Assembly: GCA_002633005.1 (NCBI GenBank)
Contig: NMRA01000458.1
Location: 143,109 to 207,108, forward strand
Direction of reading: 5' to 3'
DNA: 64,000 nucleotides
Source of the DNA: Phoronis australis
Taxonomy: Eukaryota > Animalia > Phoronida
Part shown: piece after piece, positions 54,001 to 64,000 of the stretch
Numbering within the stretch: position 1 is the stretch's first letter
Layout: each line of letters starts with the position of its first letter
Notes under the pieces: generated by a model
The model's database searches: none
What the model was told of the DNA's origin: nothing
The model's input: the letters and a program-made list of their open reading frames with translations, nothing else
Made by a program: the position numbers and the translations under genes

Positions 54001-57000
54001 TTGGCTGAGAGTGAAGAAACAGGGGACATCAAATGTGTTGGGAAGGGTAAGGATGGTGAATCCTCATCTGATGGCCCTGGGCAGCTGTCCATCAAAACGC
54101 GATACTGCTGGAGGCACACAGATGTATTGTCTGCCAAGTCTTTGCAGGTTGTCTGTAAAATAGTGCAATGCAAACTAATGAGGCCAGTTATAAGTTTTTT
54201 CTCCTCGTGGAGCTTTACAGACTATTCCCGACTGTTCTACCGACACCAACAAATAATGATTACTAACCTCGTGTCACCTGAGTCGTATCAACTAATAGCT
54301 AACTGCTGGCGTGAAATAACAACCATAAAACTACAGTCAGACTTATCCTGATGAGGTCCTAAGCAAACACCAGACTGAATTCTTGTAAGAGCAAAGTTCT
54401 CATGAAATCTTGACAAGGCAGAAACAACAAAATTGAGTGCGGCAAGTGTCCAAAACTAGACAAAAATAAAAGTGCTAGCATTCAGACGTAATACCAAAAA
54501 TGAATACACAAACTTGTTGCTGGAAAATGTTGAGACCTGGGATGGACCTTCACACAAAACCAGAGAAAGTGTCATTTCTGAAAACATTATGAAATCCTAT
54601 TTAGAAAAAATTAATTTTAATTTCTAGGTTTACTTACAGTCCAATGCTTTAGTTGCTTTTGATCAGGCACATAGTCAAGGCTAGCTTCACTGCTTGTCTT
54701 ACCACAGCGCACTCGCTCAAATGTCTGGAAGTGTTTCCTGAAATTGTGCAGCTAACTGTAGAAATACTACATCATGTGTTGAATAAGCAGCTCATGGGTG
54801 TGCGCCACATGCTGGTAGTTCTTTCAGTGCCTCCTATTGCCTCTGCATTTCATGTTTCACTATTGGCTTGCACCCAAGTGCATCAGTGATTCTTATCACC
54901 GACTTCACTATCAGTTACTCGTTTTTCACAGTGGGTGGCATAGGGGAGCATTTCTGACTTAGCCATTTTACATTGTATGTGATTAGACATGGTGCGTGTC
55001 AACAAAAGTGAAATTGCTACCATGTTCTATAGCGGCCATGAACAGCCCGTCCCACGTGATCAGTTGCTACTTGAACGTCTCCCTTTACGACAATTACTTT
55101 TGTTGGAAATAGCTGAGAGTTTACAGTTAAGAAAGCCAACATGCTATGATATTCATAGTTATTGTTCTTGACAAGAACATTTACAACAAGGCTGCTTATA
55201 CTGCATGCAATGAAAGTAAATTTACTAAATTATGAACTGCTTTTACCCATAAGTGTATGAAATGGTGCTAATGAATACCAACCTGAGCACATAGTAACTG
55301 TTCACCATCCTACTTATGTATGAATACCAACCTGAGCACATAGTAACTGTTCACCATCCTACTGATGTATGAATACCAACCTGAGCACATAGTAACTGTT
55401 CACCATCCTACTGATGTAGGACCGCTGTTCCTCCACGTAATGAACCAAATGTTCAGCAAATCCTTTACATCTCTCCAGATTACTAGTTCCCAATTCCTAC
55501 AATACAGTTGAGCAATAAAATTTTGAGCAATCTGTACCTTATCAGAAGCTTTTCTCAACATTTTGCAAGGAGTTGCTGAATGCGGATGCTCTCAAAACAG
55601 ACTTCATGATCAGACCAATTATAGACTGCAGGAACCATAAACACCTGATCGTGTAAACAAGACAAGCAGACGATGATCATACATCAAAGCAGGTAAAAAA
55701 TTGCAATTCTAATAAAAGATGAACAATAAACTAGACAGTATAGACAGATCCCTCGGGCAACCTATCAGGTCTTGCACACCTGGGAGAGCAATGTTGCCAG
55801 AGGCATAAGGTCTGTAGAACCTGATATCACCCTCAACATATATTTCAGCATATCATGTCTGAGGAATCCAAGAAAAGCACATGGTTTCATAACCAGCTTT
55901 TCCAACATTGGTTTCATGGTGTAAATACAGAAGATGTGGAGAAACATGGGTACCTTTGAAGGTGTTTCCAAGGAAGAGTGAAACAAGGCCTGTCTGGCGA
56001 GAGTTCGGCTGAAGTACTTGTCGCAATCTGACCACAGTGACTGCAGTGCAGTGTCTCCGCTAAATTAAAAACTGAGTATTATGAATGCAAGATTGACCAA
56101 TTCAAACACAACAAGAAATTAAGAACACTGAAAATTCGAGAGAAATTATGTAGTTCATTGAACAATACACAAGACGAAATAAATGGAACTGGAAAATCGA
56201 ATTCACGCTTTGTAAATGATTAGCAAAGTCAAGGAAATACTACCTTCTCATTGAAAGCTGTTTGGTTAAGGCAGTAATGTCCACTGGCAATAGTAACATT
56301 AGATGTGAAGAGTTCTCACGATCCTTCAAAATACGATTCCCTTTCCTGTATGACAACCCTACAAAAAGTTATAAATAGGTAATCAAACTTTCAACATTCC
56401 ACCTTATGTTACAGGTAATAATTATTTAGCAAAATATTCCATAAATTTGAATTTAGAAATATTCCGAAAAAACACCATCAATTAAATTATTAAACAAAGA
56501 AAAAACTTTCACAAAACAATGGGAACTGATAACATAGGATAACACTTTTTCTCATAAATAACCTTTCACTAAAACAAGCACTGGGGCAATGACCAAGTAA
56601 GTAAAGGTTTAAATATTTGAAATAAGTCAGTGAGTATTCACGTTTCAGATTTTACTAAAGCTAAGAAGTTGGCACTGAGACTGAGACTTAAAACTGAGGG
56701 CATAAAGTAACAAAATATTGTAATTGCTTTGCACACTTTCAGATGAAACGTTTGAGTCTGTTTCGTATATTATTTACTAAACATTTATTCATAGTAGAAT
56801 AAAATCAATTGAAGTTTTGTCATGAGAAAATCAAAAATTGTTGCCACAAGCTAGATAGCACCTGCTAGTAAATTAATGTTTAAGATCGCGTAAGACTCTT
56901 GAAAAATGCCCAAATTTGGCAAATTTTGAAACATCATATCATGGTTGATCGGATTCATACGAAACTTTCGGACATCATACTTGATGAACAGTACTCAAAA

Positions 57001-60000
57001 ATGTTGCTAGGAATTATTTTTTTAAGTATTTCCTTTTTGCATGAGGGGCTATCAAAAATAGGAGTTGTACTACTTTAATGAGAAAAAATCAAAAGTGGCA
57101 AAAAACAAAAATGAAATAACCTAAAAAACTGTAACAGCATTTTTGAGATTTCATTTTATGCATTTATATCAAACAAAATTTGGTCAATCAACGAATTATT
57201 GATACCGTTGTTTTACAATACATGTACCCAACAGTTATTACGAGTAACTTAAAAATTTGCTCTTAACAGAATTAGTAGTCATGACGGTAGAAACTGTTTT
57301 TGTCTGTCTGACTACTTTCGTCTAATTTGTACTGTATTTTGTCCGATTACTTTGTACGTAGCACAATTAAAATTGGTAGCATTTTAACTTTTTGAGTTAT
57401 ATTATAATTAACTGTATTCAATATGCCACAGTCTGCTTTATGTCGAGTGTTACAGCTGTATATCACACTGCTTCAAATGGCCTACCTATCTGTGCCAGAT
57501 ATTTGAAGAGGTCAGACAATGCCTTGCGTTTTCTCAGATCTATGTGTTTGGCTTCAGACTTGCGTTTATCTGTATCCGCATCCTGAAATTGGAAAGAAAA
57601 ACACTAACAACATTACCAAAATTAATTCTAAGTCCTAGTGTCCACGTAATTATGAAGAATTAACATCTCGCATTAATTTATGCACTGAACTTGATTTCAA
57701 AGTCACATGGTCAAGTGACACTAACAACAAGAACAGAATTCTACACAGTCACATAGAAGCACTTGAACTGACACTGACAAATGTTGACCATTTGCAAGAC
57801 ATAACTAAAATATACGCCTACAATCTAACCCAGAAGGCAGCATTTAACACTAAAAAATCTGACAATATCCATAACCATCTATTTACTAGTGAATACGGAG
57901 CAAAGGATGTTTTTGCACAACGAACCTTAGAGAAATCCAGTGCCTGGAGCTCGTGAACATTTTCAATTATGTCCCCTGTTGAAACGAATGCAAGACGTTA
58001 TACACATATTGGAATTCCACAAAAAACAACATCAAACCAAACCCAGGCTCATTAATCAACAATGAAATTAAAAGTCCTCTAAATCGCTTGTTTAAGCAAG
58101 ACAACGGGCCTTCCATTAGAAATGCAAGCATTCAGGTAGTCATGCGAATCATTAGCCCATGATGACAAACTGCTTTCTGCTCTCAGTTCAGATGTTAAGA
58201 AGGGGAGCCTTGATATACAGCAGTTCCAGATAGCAAATGCTGAGTTGCTCGTTAATTTGGCATGGAGAAAAAGTTGGCAAGTATTTACTATTAATCAGGT
58301 TATCATAACACCTGATATCTTGTGAGCAAAAGAAATCTCAATGACCATTATAGTATTTCTGCTACATCAATCAATCAATCAATCGGACAACCAATCAATC
58401 TATAAATCGATCGATCAAGTACATTGTCAGCTACCCACCAGTAAATTCATCAAGACCCTCGGTGAGCTCAGGGAAGGCAGCTTTCTGAAACACCTTTTGA
58501 CATAACTTCTTCATCCTTGCAAGTACAGTAGAAGAACGGCGCAGCACAGACTGATCGGACACAGCAGATGGCAACAAGCAGACGTCACACTGAATAGGGG
58601 GACATAACTTTATGAAATGAACTTCATAGCCACATGTCACACACAAAACCAATTGCAAAGTGTTTTACATAGGTTTTCAGAATTATATTCTTATAAATTT
58701 GAGTTGGTCATTATATTTTTATTTTGAAAACACACGTTTCATTTCTGATCAATTAAAATTGTGGGGAACTGAACCCAATTTACTTGATATGTTAAACTAG
58801 TTGTAATAAAAGAGTAAATGAACTGGATCCTTCACATTACATATTTATTTGCATGTTATTCTGCATTTATTCTGTTACATTACCACACGATCGTCACCTA
58901 AAGGTTATTTTAAAATCACTTTTGTGCCAAATTGAAAACAGATAACAGCACATCATGTTAATGTGTTCACCCTCGCTTGTACACTTAAACTGAAGAATAA
59001 CTCCCAGTAAAAAATACAAACACTTACCTTTTGCTTGTCCGTGAGGAACAAACTACAATCCAAGTTCACTGTGGAAGTCGACTCCTGAGATGGCACATCT
59101 AAATTTTGGGCTTCAGTCAAAAGGGTTCTTACCGGCTGAGTGAGAACACCCTAGAAGTTAAACAAATTATTGAAACTGCCATTATTGACTGAGTAAGAAA
59201 ATTTAACATGCTACTCATTAAGACAATAAAAAGCAATCTATTTTCTGTGACAAGCTGGTTATTTATAAAGAATTTTAAGCTATGACCGAGATTAATACCA
59301 TAACAAGCAAAAGCAAGTTTACAGCTTGCTGAATAATAGAGGCAACGTTTAGTTGACAATTCCTGACAACTAACAATGCAGGCTGTCATCAGTCTACAGC
59401 TCCATCTACCTCATATTGTCTGACATGTTTGTGTAGCGTGCGGTGAGCTTTATCAGCAGCAGCCTTCATGGCCCAGAAGTTGATGTCATTCCAGCGAGCA
59501 ATTTTTACGAAACCCTACAACAAAGTAATGCACAAAACCAAATATGTAAGTTTTTCACTACAAAAGAACAAAGCAGTTCAAATTGTCACAAGAAAATCCC
59601 ATTACATATTCTTCACTGGGTTGTTAAAAGAACTGAAAGACAAAAACCAGTCGAGAGCTATACAATAATTGAACGACAATTAATAATTTGAGATATCCAT
59701 TAAAGCTTCAAGGTCACAAAATGCTGAAATCAAAAAAAAAATTAATGTTAAAGATATTCTTTCCACTTCTCTTCAGTTAAAAAGTTCATAAAGCAGTTTG
59801 GCTGCACACCAATCAAGTCAAAACTAACTCCCAAATGGTGTTCTTTCAACACTCAATCAAGTGCTTTCAAAATTAATAGAATTTATAATGAAAATTTCAA
59901 AATAATCTCTGAATTTCTGGTGATACGCCAATAAAATGGCTGCCCCAGCTGAAGGGCATTAAACTTCACACTTTTTAATTGTCAGAAAAAAAGAAATACA

Positions 60001-63000
60001 AGACTGTAACTTACGAAATGTTCCTATTTAATTTATTGACGTCTCTCAATTAATGGAAGTTATTATGAATTCTAAACTGGTGAAAAAAGGAAGTGTTTCT
60101 TTAAGTACAGAAAAGCTGCTCGAAAATTCTCGGTAATAAAACAAATGAAGAGCTGTCCCATTTGTTCAGCTGACTTAATGATTCAGTCATTTTGCTCACA
60201 CCTAATTTAACAAACGCTAATTGTTACCCAACTGTTAAACTGCGTATCAGTCACTCCAATTGATATACAATTAAACATTAGGTAACAGTCAGCAGTAACC
60301 GTTTGATCAATTAAGGAAGAGTTCTAGCTTGCATTCCTGCAGGCTCTGTCACTCAGGAGTTTGACGAGGTTTCAGTATATCACCATTGCCAAGTTAAGTA
60401 TGTGGTCTCACTGCCATTCCGAATACAAACACTTGGTAAAAATCAACATTACAGACCCTAACTTCTACCTTGCACCTACCTTGAGCTCTTTCTCAATTGG
60501 TGTTCTCAACTGTCGCAGTTTGGCCGTTACATTTGACAAAAAGGGTTTGTAGAAACTGTGAACATTCCACAAGGCAGCCATCACTTGGTCTGAAAAGTAG
60601 ATATAACATGGGCTAAATACATATCACACATTGACATTGTACCAAACATACAATGTGGAGAGTTAACAATTCTGGTATAAATGTATTCTAGAAATTAGCG
60701 AAAAGTTTTAGAGCTACACATAGGGAAGAACTTCCTAAACCAGACCGGTCATGAAAACTTTTGCATAATTATTGTACTCCTTTATATATCTTCAAACATT
60801 CACGCTATTTTCACTGACGTTGAAGCACTCATAGTCAACAAGTGAACAAGAGTCTACAGTGCAAACCACTGCACAACACAAGCATATCTACGAGCTGGAC
60901 TTTCAACTGCCAGTTAACGTTTAGCTAAGTGTCAACAGTTCATGATTTCCACCACCACAAACTCAAGTTCCTAGTAACTTTTCCCATAACATACTTCTTT
61001 CAGCTGATTCTTCCATGTTGATCAATTGACAGTGAAAAGCGAAGACAAACTCTAGACGCAGCTCAAATTCTCCTATTGTGGAACTCTCCAGAAACTGCTG
61101 GAAGGATTTGATCAGTTCTGTGATGTCTGTATGTGAAGCACTCTCATTCTGAAAACAGATTAGAAACTGGTGAATGGGATGTTGGTGCCCAATTAACACA
61201 TTTTGCTTAGACTCAAATTTCTGCAAATCGTGGCTGGTATGGTGGCAACAGGCTTTGTTTTCTTTTTGCAATCCAGTGCTCGGCGCTTATCTTCGCCAAA
61301 CGAAACCCGAGGTCACCAGAACTGACGACAAAATTCTCAACTAAATAAAAAAGTCGTGCAATAGCTGCTCTCAGAAATTATATGTGGCTCTTCAATTTGT
61401 CCCCCTATAATGTGCACTCAATTCCTCCTGGCAGTGAAGAAAGCAAATGTTCACATGTACTGGAAGCTCACGTTTTGTGGTCCGATCTATACAGATTTTT
61501 GCCAAACAATTTTGACTTCTGTCTGTTTACTTCCTGTTGTAATTCAAGTGTGTTTGATGTGTGTTGAGGGTGGCAAATGCACTGATTTCACAAAATAAAC
61601 GGAAAAATTGTGAACCAGAAATATCAATTCGAAAAAACCTGTTAGAAAATTAAAGTTTGGAAGTCACCAACAACGTTGAAACAAATTTCAGGGGAATTAC
61701 TATCTGACTTAAATACTTGGTGTGATGACATGGTGACGACTAGGGATTCTTCCCAGGTCGCCAAACACAATCAGAAGTCGCATTGGCTACCTGCAGGCTG
61801 TCACATTGTGCACTACAATCATTGTAACTACTGTTTTTTTTCACATATTTTTCTAATTATCAGAAAAACCTTTCCCACATCATGAGTCATGCAATAGTAC
61901 TGAAACTTTTCTCACCTGTGTAGGTGTTAAATATGCCTGTAACAACTGATAGAGATGAAACCACCAGCGTGAGGCCTTCTCTCTCACTCTCCACTCAACC
62001 ATATCCAAGCATGAGCGCCAACACCTAAAGTCATACAACAATATAAGAGAGCATCTGACAAAACATTTAAACTTAGAAAGCTGCATGGTTAGAGACCTCC
62101 ACAAAATCACATTAATAAGTTTATGGCAACTTTGGTCATTTGAGTTGAAAAAGGTAAATCCATTTACAAATTAGAAAATAGGCATTAGGCATACTTGAGC
62201 TCCAACTTCCTCCACTGGATGATAATGTGGGTCACAGCCTCCATGTGAGATTGAAGAGAGACATGTCTGGCAGCATTCGACTCCCATTCCTGAAGCAGTC
62301 AGAATGTAATACACTAAATATGTAATCTAACATAGCTAAGAGTGTGTATGTGTGTCTGATAGTTGAACCTAAATGGGTTATCACATTTCACATTCAACTG
62401 TTCAATGTAGCTTTAATTACGAATTGAAGAGACTTTGTTGACCATACTTCTTGTGATATATTCAATCTTTGACTCTCTACCTAGTATGACGACCAGACCT
62501 CTTGATTTCTATTCACAGCAGTTACAGACAGTGCAATAACAGGAACTTTAAAGTCACAACTGATTTGCACTACAAACATTTTGCACTCAAATTTAGCATA
62601 ATTGGCATCATATTAGATTCAACCACTCTGAACACCCAATTAAATGAATTTTTGGAAAAATCTACTATTAACAAACAAATCGTATTTTACAAAACAAGTC
62701 CAGCCTTGTTTGAGATTCCGTTGCGAAGAGTCTTCAGCTGATAGCCAATTATTATGAATCGAAATCTAGTAAGGTGAATTGTTTACAAAATTTCATCAAA
62801 TGGTCCACATTGAGGTGATAGCTGCAGTGTTATCCTTTACCTGACACGTCTGCTGCAACAGTTCCATTCCAGTGACCATCTTCATCAGGGGGCTGGTGAC
62901 GGGAAAAGAGACCAGGCGCTGTTGAATCTTAACAATCTGTGGAATAAAGAGTGAAATGTGTTGTCCAGAAATTAAATTTCAAATACAAGAGATGAACTGG

Positions 63001-63928
63001 TTATGGGTGATGGGCAGACAACATAAAATAATTCAAAAAGCATGTTGCAAATCTTTATCTAATATTTAGTATTCACATGCTTCTAAATAATTTTACCTTG
63101 CAATAACAAATCAATTCAGGAACAGCCGACTTACCATTTGTAGTGTGGGATGATTGGGCCATTCAGACAATAATTCCTCCACGCGGCCAATGAGATTTGT
63201 CAACACAGAGCGACATTGTACTGCTTCAGCCACGTTCGCATCATGGTAGAAGTCATAAGGTTTATGACTTTTTGAAGTTACTGTATCAGCAACAACCTTA
63301 TAAAAATGTAATGTAAATTATGAAAACCAAATCGTGGGAAATTAAAGAAATCATGGTAAAATTGATGTTTCATAACCTTGTTTATTATGAACAAAACATG
63401 AAATTTACACAGCTGGTAAGATGTGCTTTGCTTAATTGTTTAATAAAACCAGGACAAGGGTTATGAGCCCATTAAAGTGACATTATCTGGGGCAATGTTG
63501 TGTAATTGAGATCAGCTCCAAGGATTCGAATACAACATACATCAGCTGTCACAGTCCAACACTTTATTGACCGAGCTAAAAACCAGCGTGGTAGGTAGTC
63601 GAGTATTGTAAGAGTATTAACCGATGAGATCACCCGTCTCAATTTCACTTAATTCTGCCAAGTGACAGGCAATTGGCAATTTCTAATAAAATCACAAAAA
63701 CACTATTTAATGTTTTATAATTGTGGTCAAATCTAATAACTACAACAAGTCTATCTTACCCAAAAATTATGTCAAAATAGAATTTCCAGCCCCAAAACTG
63801 ATTGCGTCCCTTGAAAATCTAGAGTATGTAATGCTGCCAACTTACATCACTTCCAACTCTGACATCTTGCTGTAGCAGTGCTGACACTACAAGGTGTGAG
63901 CCAGCAGACTTCTTATCAAGAGACCAGT
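33034..63928 (-). CDS. MDN1: Midasin (MDN1/Rea1 AAA-ATPase, 60S biogenesis), 3' part only: 39 exons, gene continues beyond window end
   Basis: Exons (minus): 63846-63928, 63135-63296, 62841-62936, 62195-62289, 61916-62024, 60995-61148, 60480-60589, 59410-59514, 59028-59150, 58439-58589, 57926-57975, 57486-57582, 56244-56358, 55954-56059, 55381-55496, 54638-54737, 53964-54152, 53456-53523, 52496-52827, 51552-51874, 51028-51165, 50560-50695, 49434-49570, 48584-48754, 48201-48333, 47256-47413, 46732-46839, 46038-46304, 45218-45334, 44339-44533, 43010-43210, 42513-42602, 38866-38981, 37642-37816, 37169-37242, 36748-36862, 35702-35911, 34728-34775, 33034-33168. All are GT-AG and in phase. Diagnostic peptides: LCEQLRLVLEP, GDYRTGKRLNMRKVIPYIASQFRKDKIWLRRTKPSKRQYQI, YMEHFPFPFYIILRNINSLPQTLSDALRQWFE. 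Confidence 0.96.
34972..35121. repeat. 74-bp tandem duplication
   Basis: ACTGGCTTGAGACCTTG...AGACCATACT at 34972 and 35046. Confidence 0.9.
35578..35672. repeat. 53-bp-period duplication
   Basis: TTTGTTGTAAATGTATGCTAGAGTCTGTCACTATTCCTCATA at 35578 and 35631. Confidence 0.9.
37868..38098. repeat. 57-bp minisatellite x4
   Basis: GGATGGTTATTGTGACCTGGTGAGAGCCTGCCTCACTTTAGGCCACTTAAATGTAGC repeats. Confidence 0.93.
38199..38589. repeat. 28-bp minisatellite (CCAAAGCAATAACAAACTGACAGTTCTT) x~14
   Basis: Direct reading. Confidence 0.93.
39990..40716 (-). mobile_element. Same dispersed repeat family, inverted copy
   Basis: Ends ATGTGGGCGCATAAAAAT; AAAATGGCCAC(T/A)AGATGGTGCAAAAT recurs at 40033 and 40368. 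Confidence 0.6.
41730..42185. mobile_element. Same TTAA-flanked family (degenerate, in a nest of repeats)
   Basis: TCTCAGAAATGGCTAATCAGATTCA core; ends ATCCTACATAACCTTAA. Confidence 0.45.
43410..43775. ncRNA. Candidate structured intronic RNA/element of unknown class in MDN1 intron
   Basis: GC-rich island with several nested inverted repeats (see findings). It matches no RNA family I recognise. Confidence 0.3.
44917..45136. repeat. 45-bp minisatellite x~5
   Basis: GTGTGCACTGTCCACCATCAGCTACATGACTGACAGAAGGACGAT repeats. Confidence 0.93.
47619..48188. repeat. 47-bp minisatellite x12 with alternating variants (94-bp higher-order unit)
   Basis: ACAAAATAAATTCCACAT(A/T)(A/G)TGT(A/G)TTAAAACAGGATCATCAAGTATT; order ABABABABABAA. 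Confidence 0.95.
52975..53440 (+). pseudogene. Degenerate 3' fragment of a non-LTR retrotransposon (RTE-X-like C-terminal zinc-knuckle region)
   Basis: Frameshifted peptides IAKLRCVNYPWKIE..., VEDEI.. and LVECPSY resemble the K(L/F)R.S.H.L.IE...EDE.HF...CP.Y motif; ends AATAAAGTTATAATTATT. Confidence 0.5.
55271..55418. repeat. 49-bp tandem repeat x3 spanning an MDN1 exon/intron boundary
   Basis: ATGAATACCAACCTGAGCACATAGTAACTGTTCACCATCCTACT(G/T)ATGT at 55271, 55320 and 55369. Confidence 0.93.
56880..57252. mobile_element. Same TTAA-flanked family
   Basis: CTTGAAAAATGCCCAAATTTGGCAAATTTT matches 25088; GATTCATACGAAACTTTC matches 26703. Confidence 0.5.
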
Positions 63929-64000
63929 CTAAATCATAACAATAGAAAATTATAATTCAGATCATGTGCAACTTACGAACACTTTGGGTACACTAGTCAC

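Noticed and set aside
54340-54385. Hammerhead ribozyme core CTGATGAG (also at 5741)
   Set aside because: No stem II followed by GAAA in a valid order.
55538-55625. Extra MDN1 exon (AG...GT bounded)
   Set aside because: In-frame TGA; flanking exons already join in phase and give continuous Midasin-like sequence.

Overview
Animal (invertebrate-like, AT-rich, intron-dense) nuclear DNA, so the ORF track shows only exon fragments and repeat-derived ORFs. Three spliced genes can be assembled by hand with GT-AG introns and consistent phases. (1) A complete 6-exon betaine-homocysteine S-methyltransferase-family gene on the minus strand (CDS 10953->465, 349 aa); its C-terminal half looks more like the bacterial-type subfamily than vertebrate BHMT. 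(2) A complete Polyhomeotic/PHC-like Polycomb PRC1 gene on the plus strand (10 coding exons, 17387-29036, 767 aa; Q-rich N-terminus, HD1, FCS zinc finger, SAM), divergent from BHMT. (3) The 3' 39 exons of Midasin/MDN1 on the minus strand (>63928->33034; linker, D/E-rich region, MIDAS domain), convergent with Ph. Introns and intergenic DNA hold many non-autonomous DNA transposons, LINE remnants and minisatellites. The most interesting unexplained signals are a ~370-nt GC-rich multi-hairpin element in an MDN1 intron, a minisatellite that triplicates an MDN1 splice donor, a TIR-flanked tRNA-like element in Ph intron 1, a repeat family carrying CTCF-like motifs, and a G-rich polypurine tract right after the Ph stop codon. 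I cannot establish a novel multi-gene system from sequence alone.
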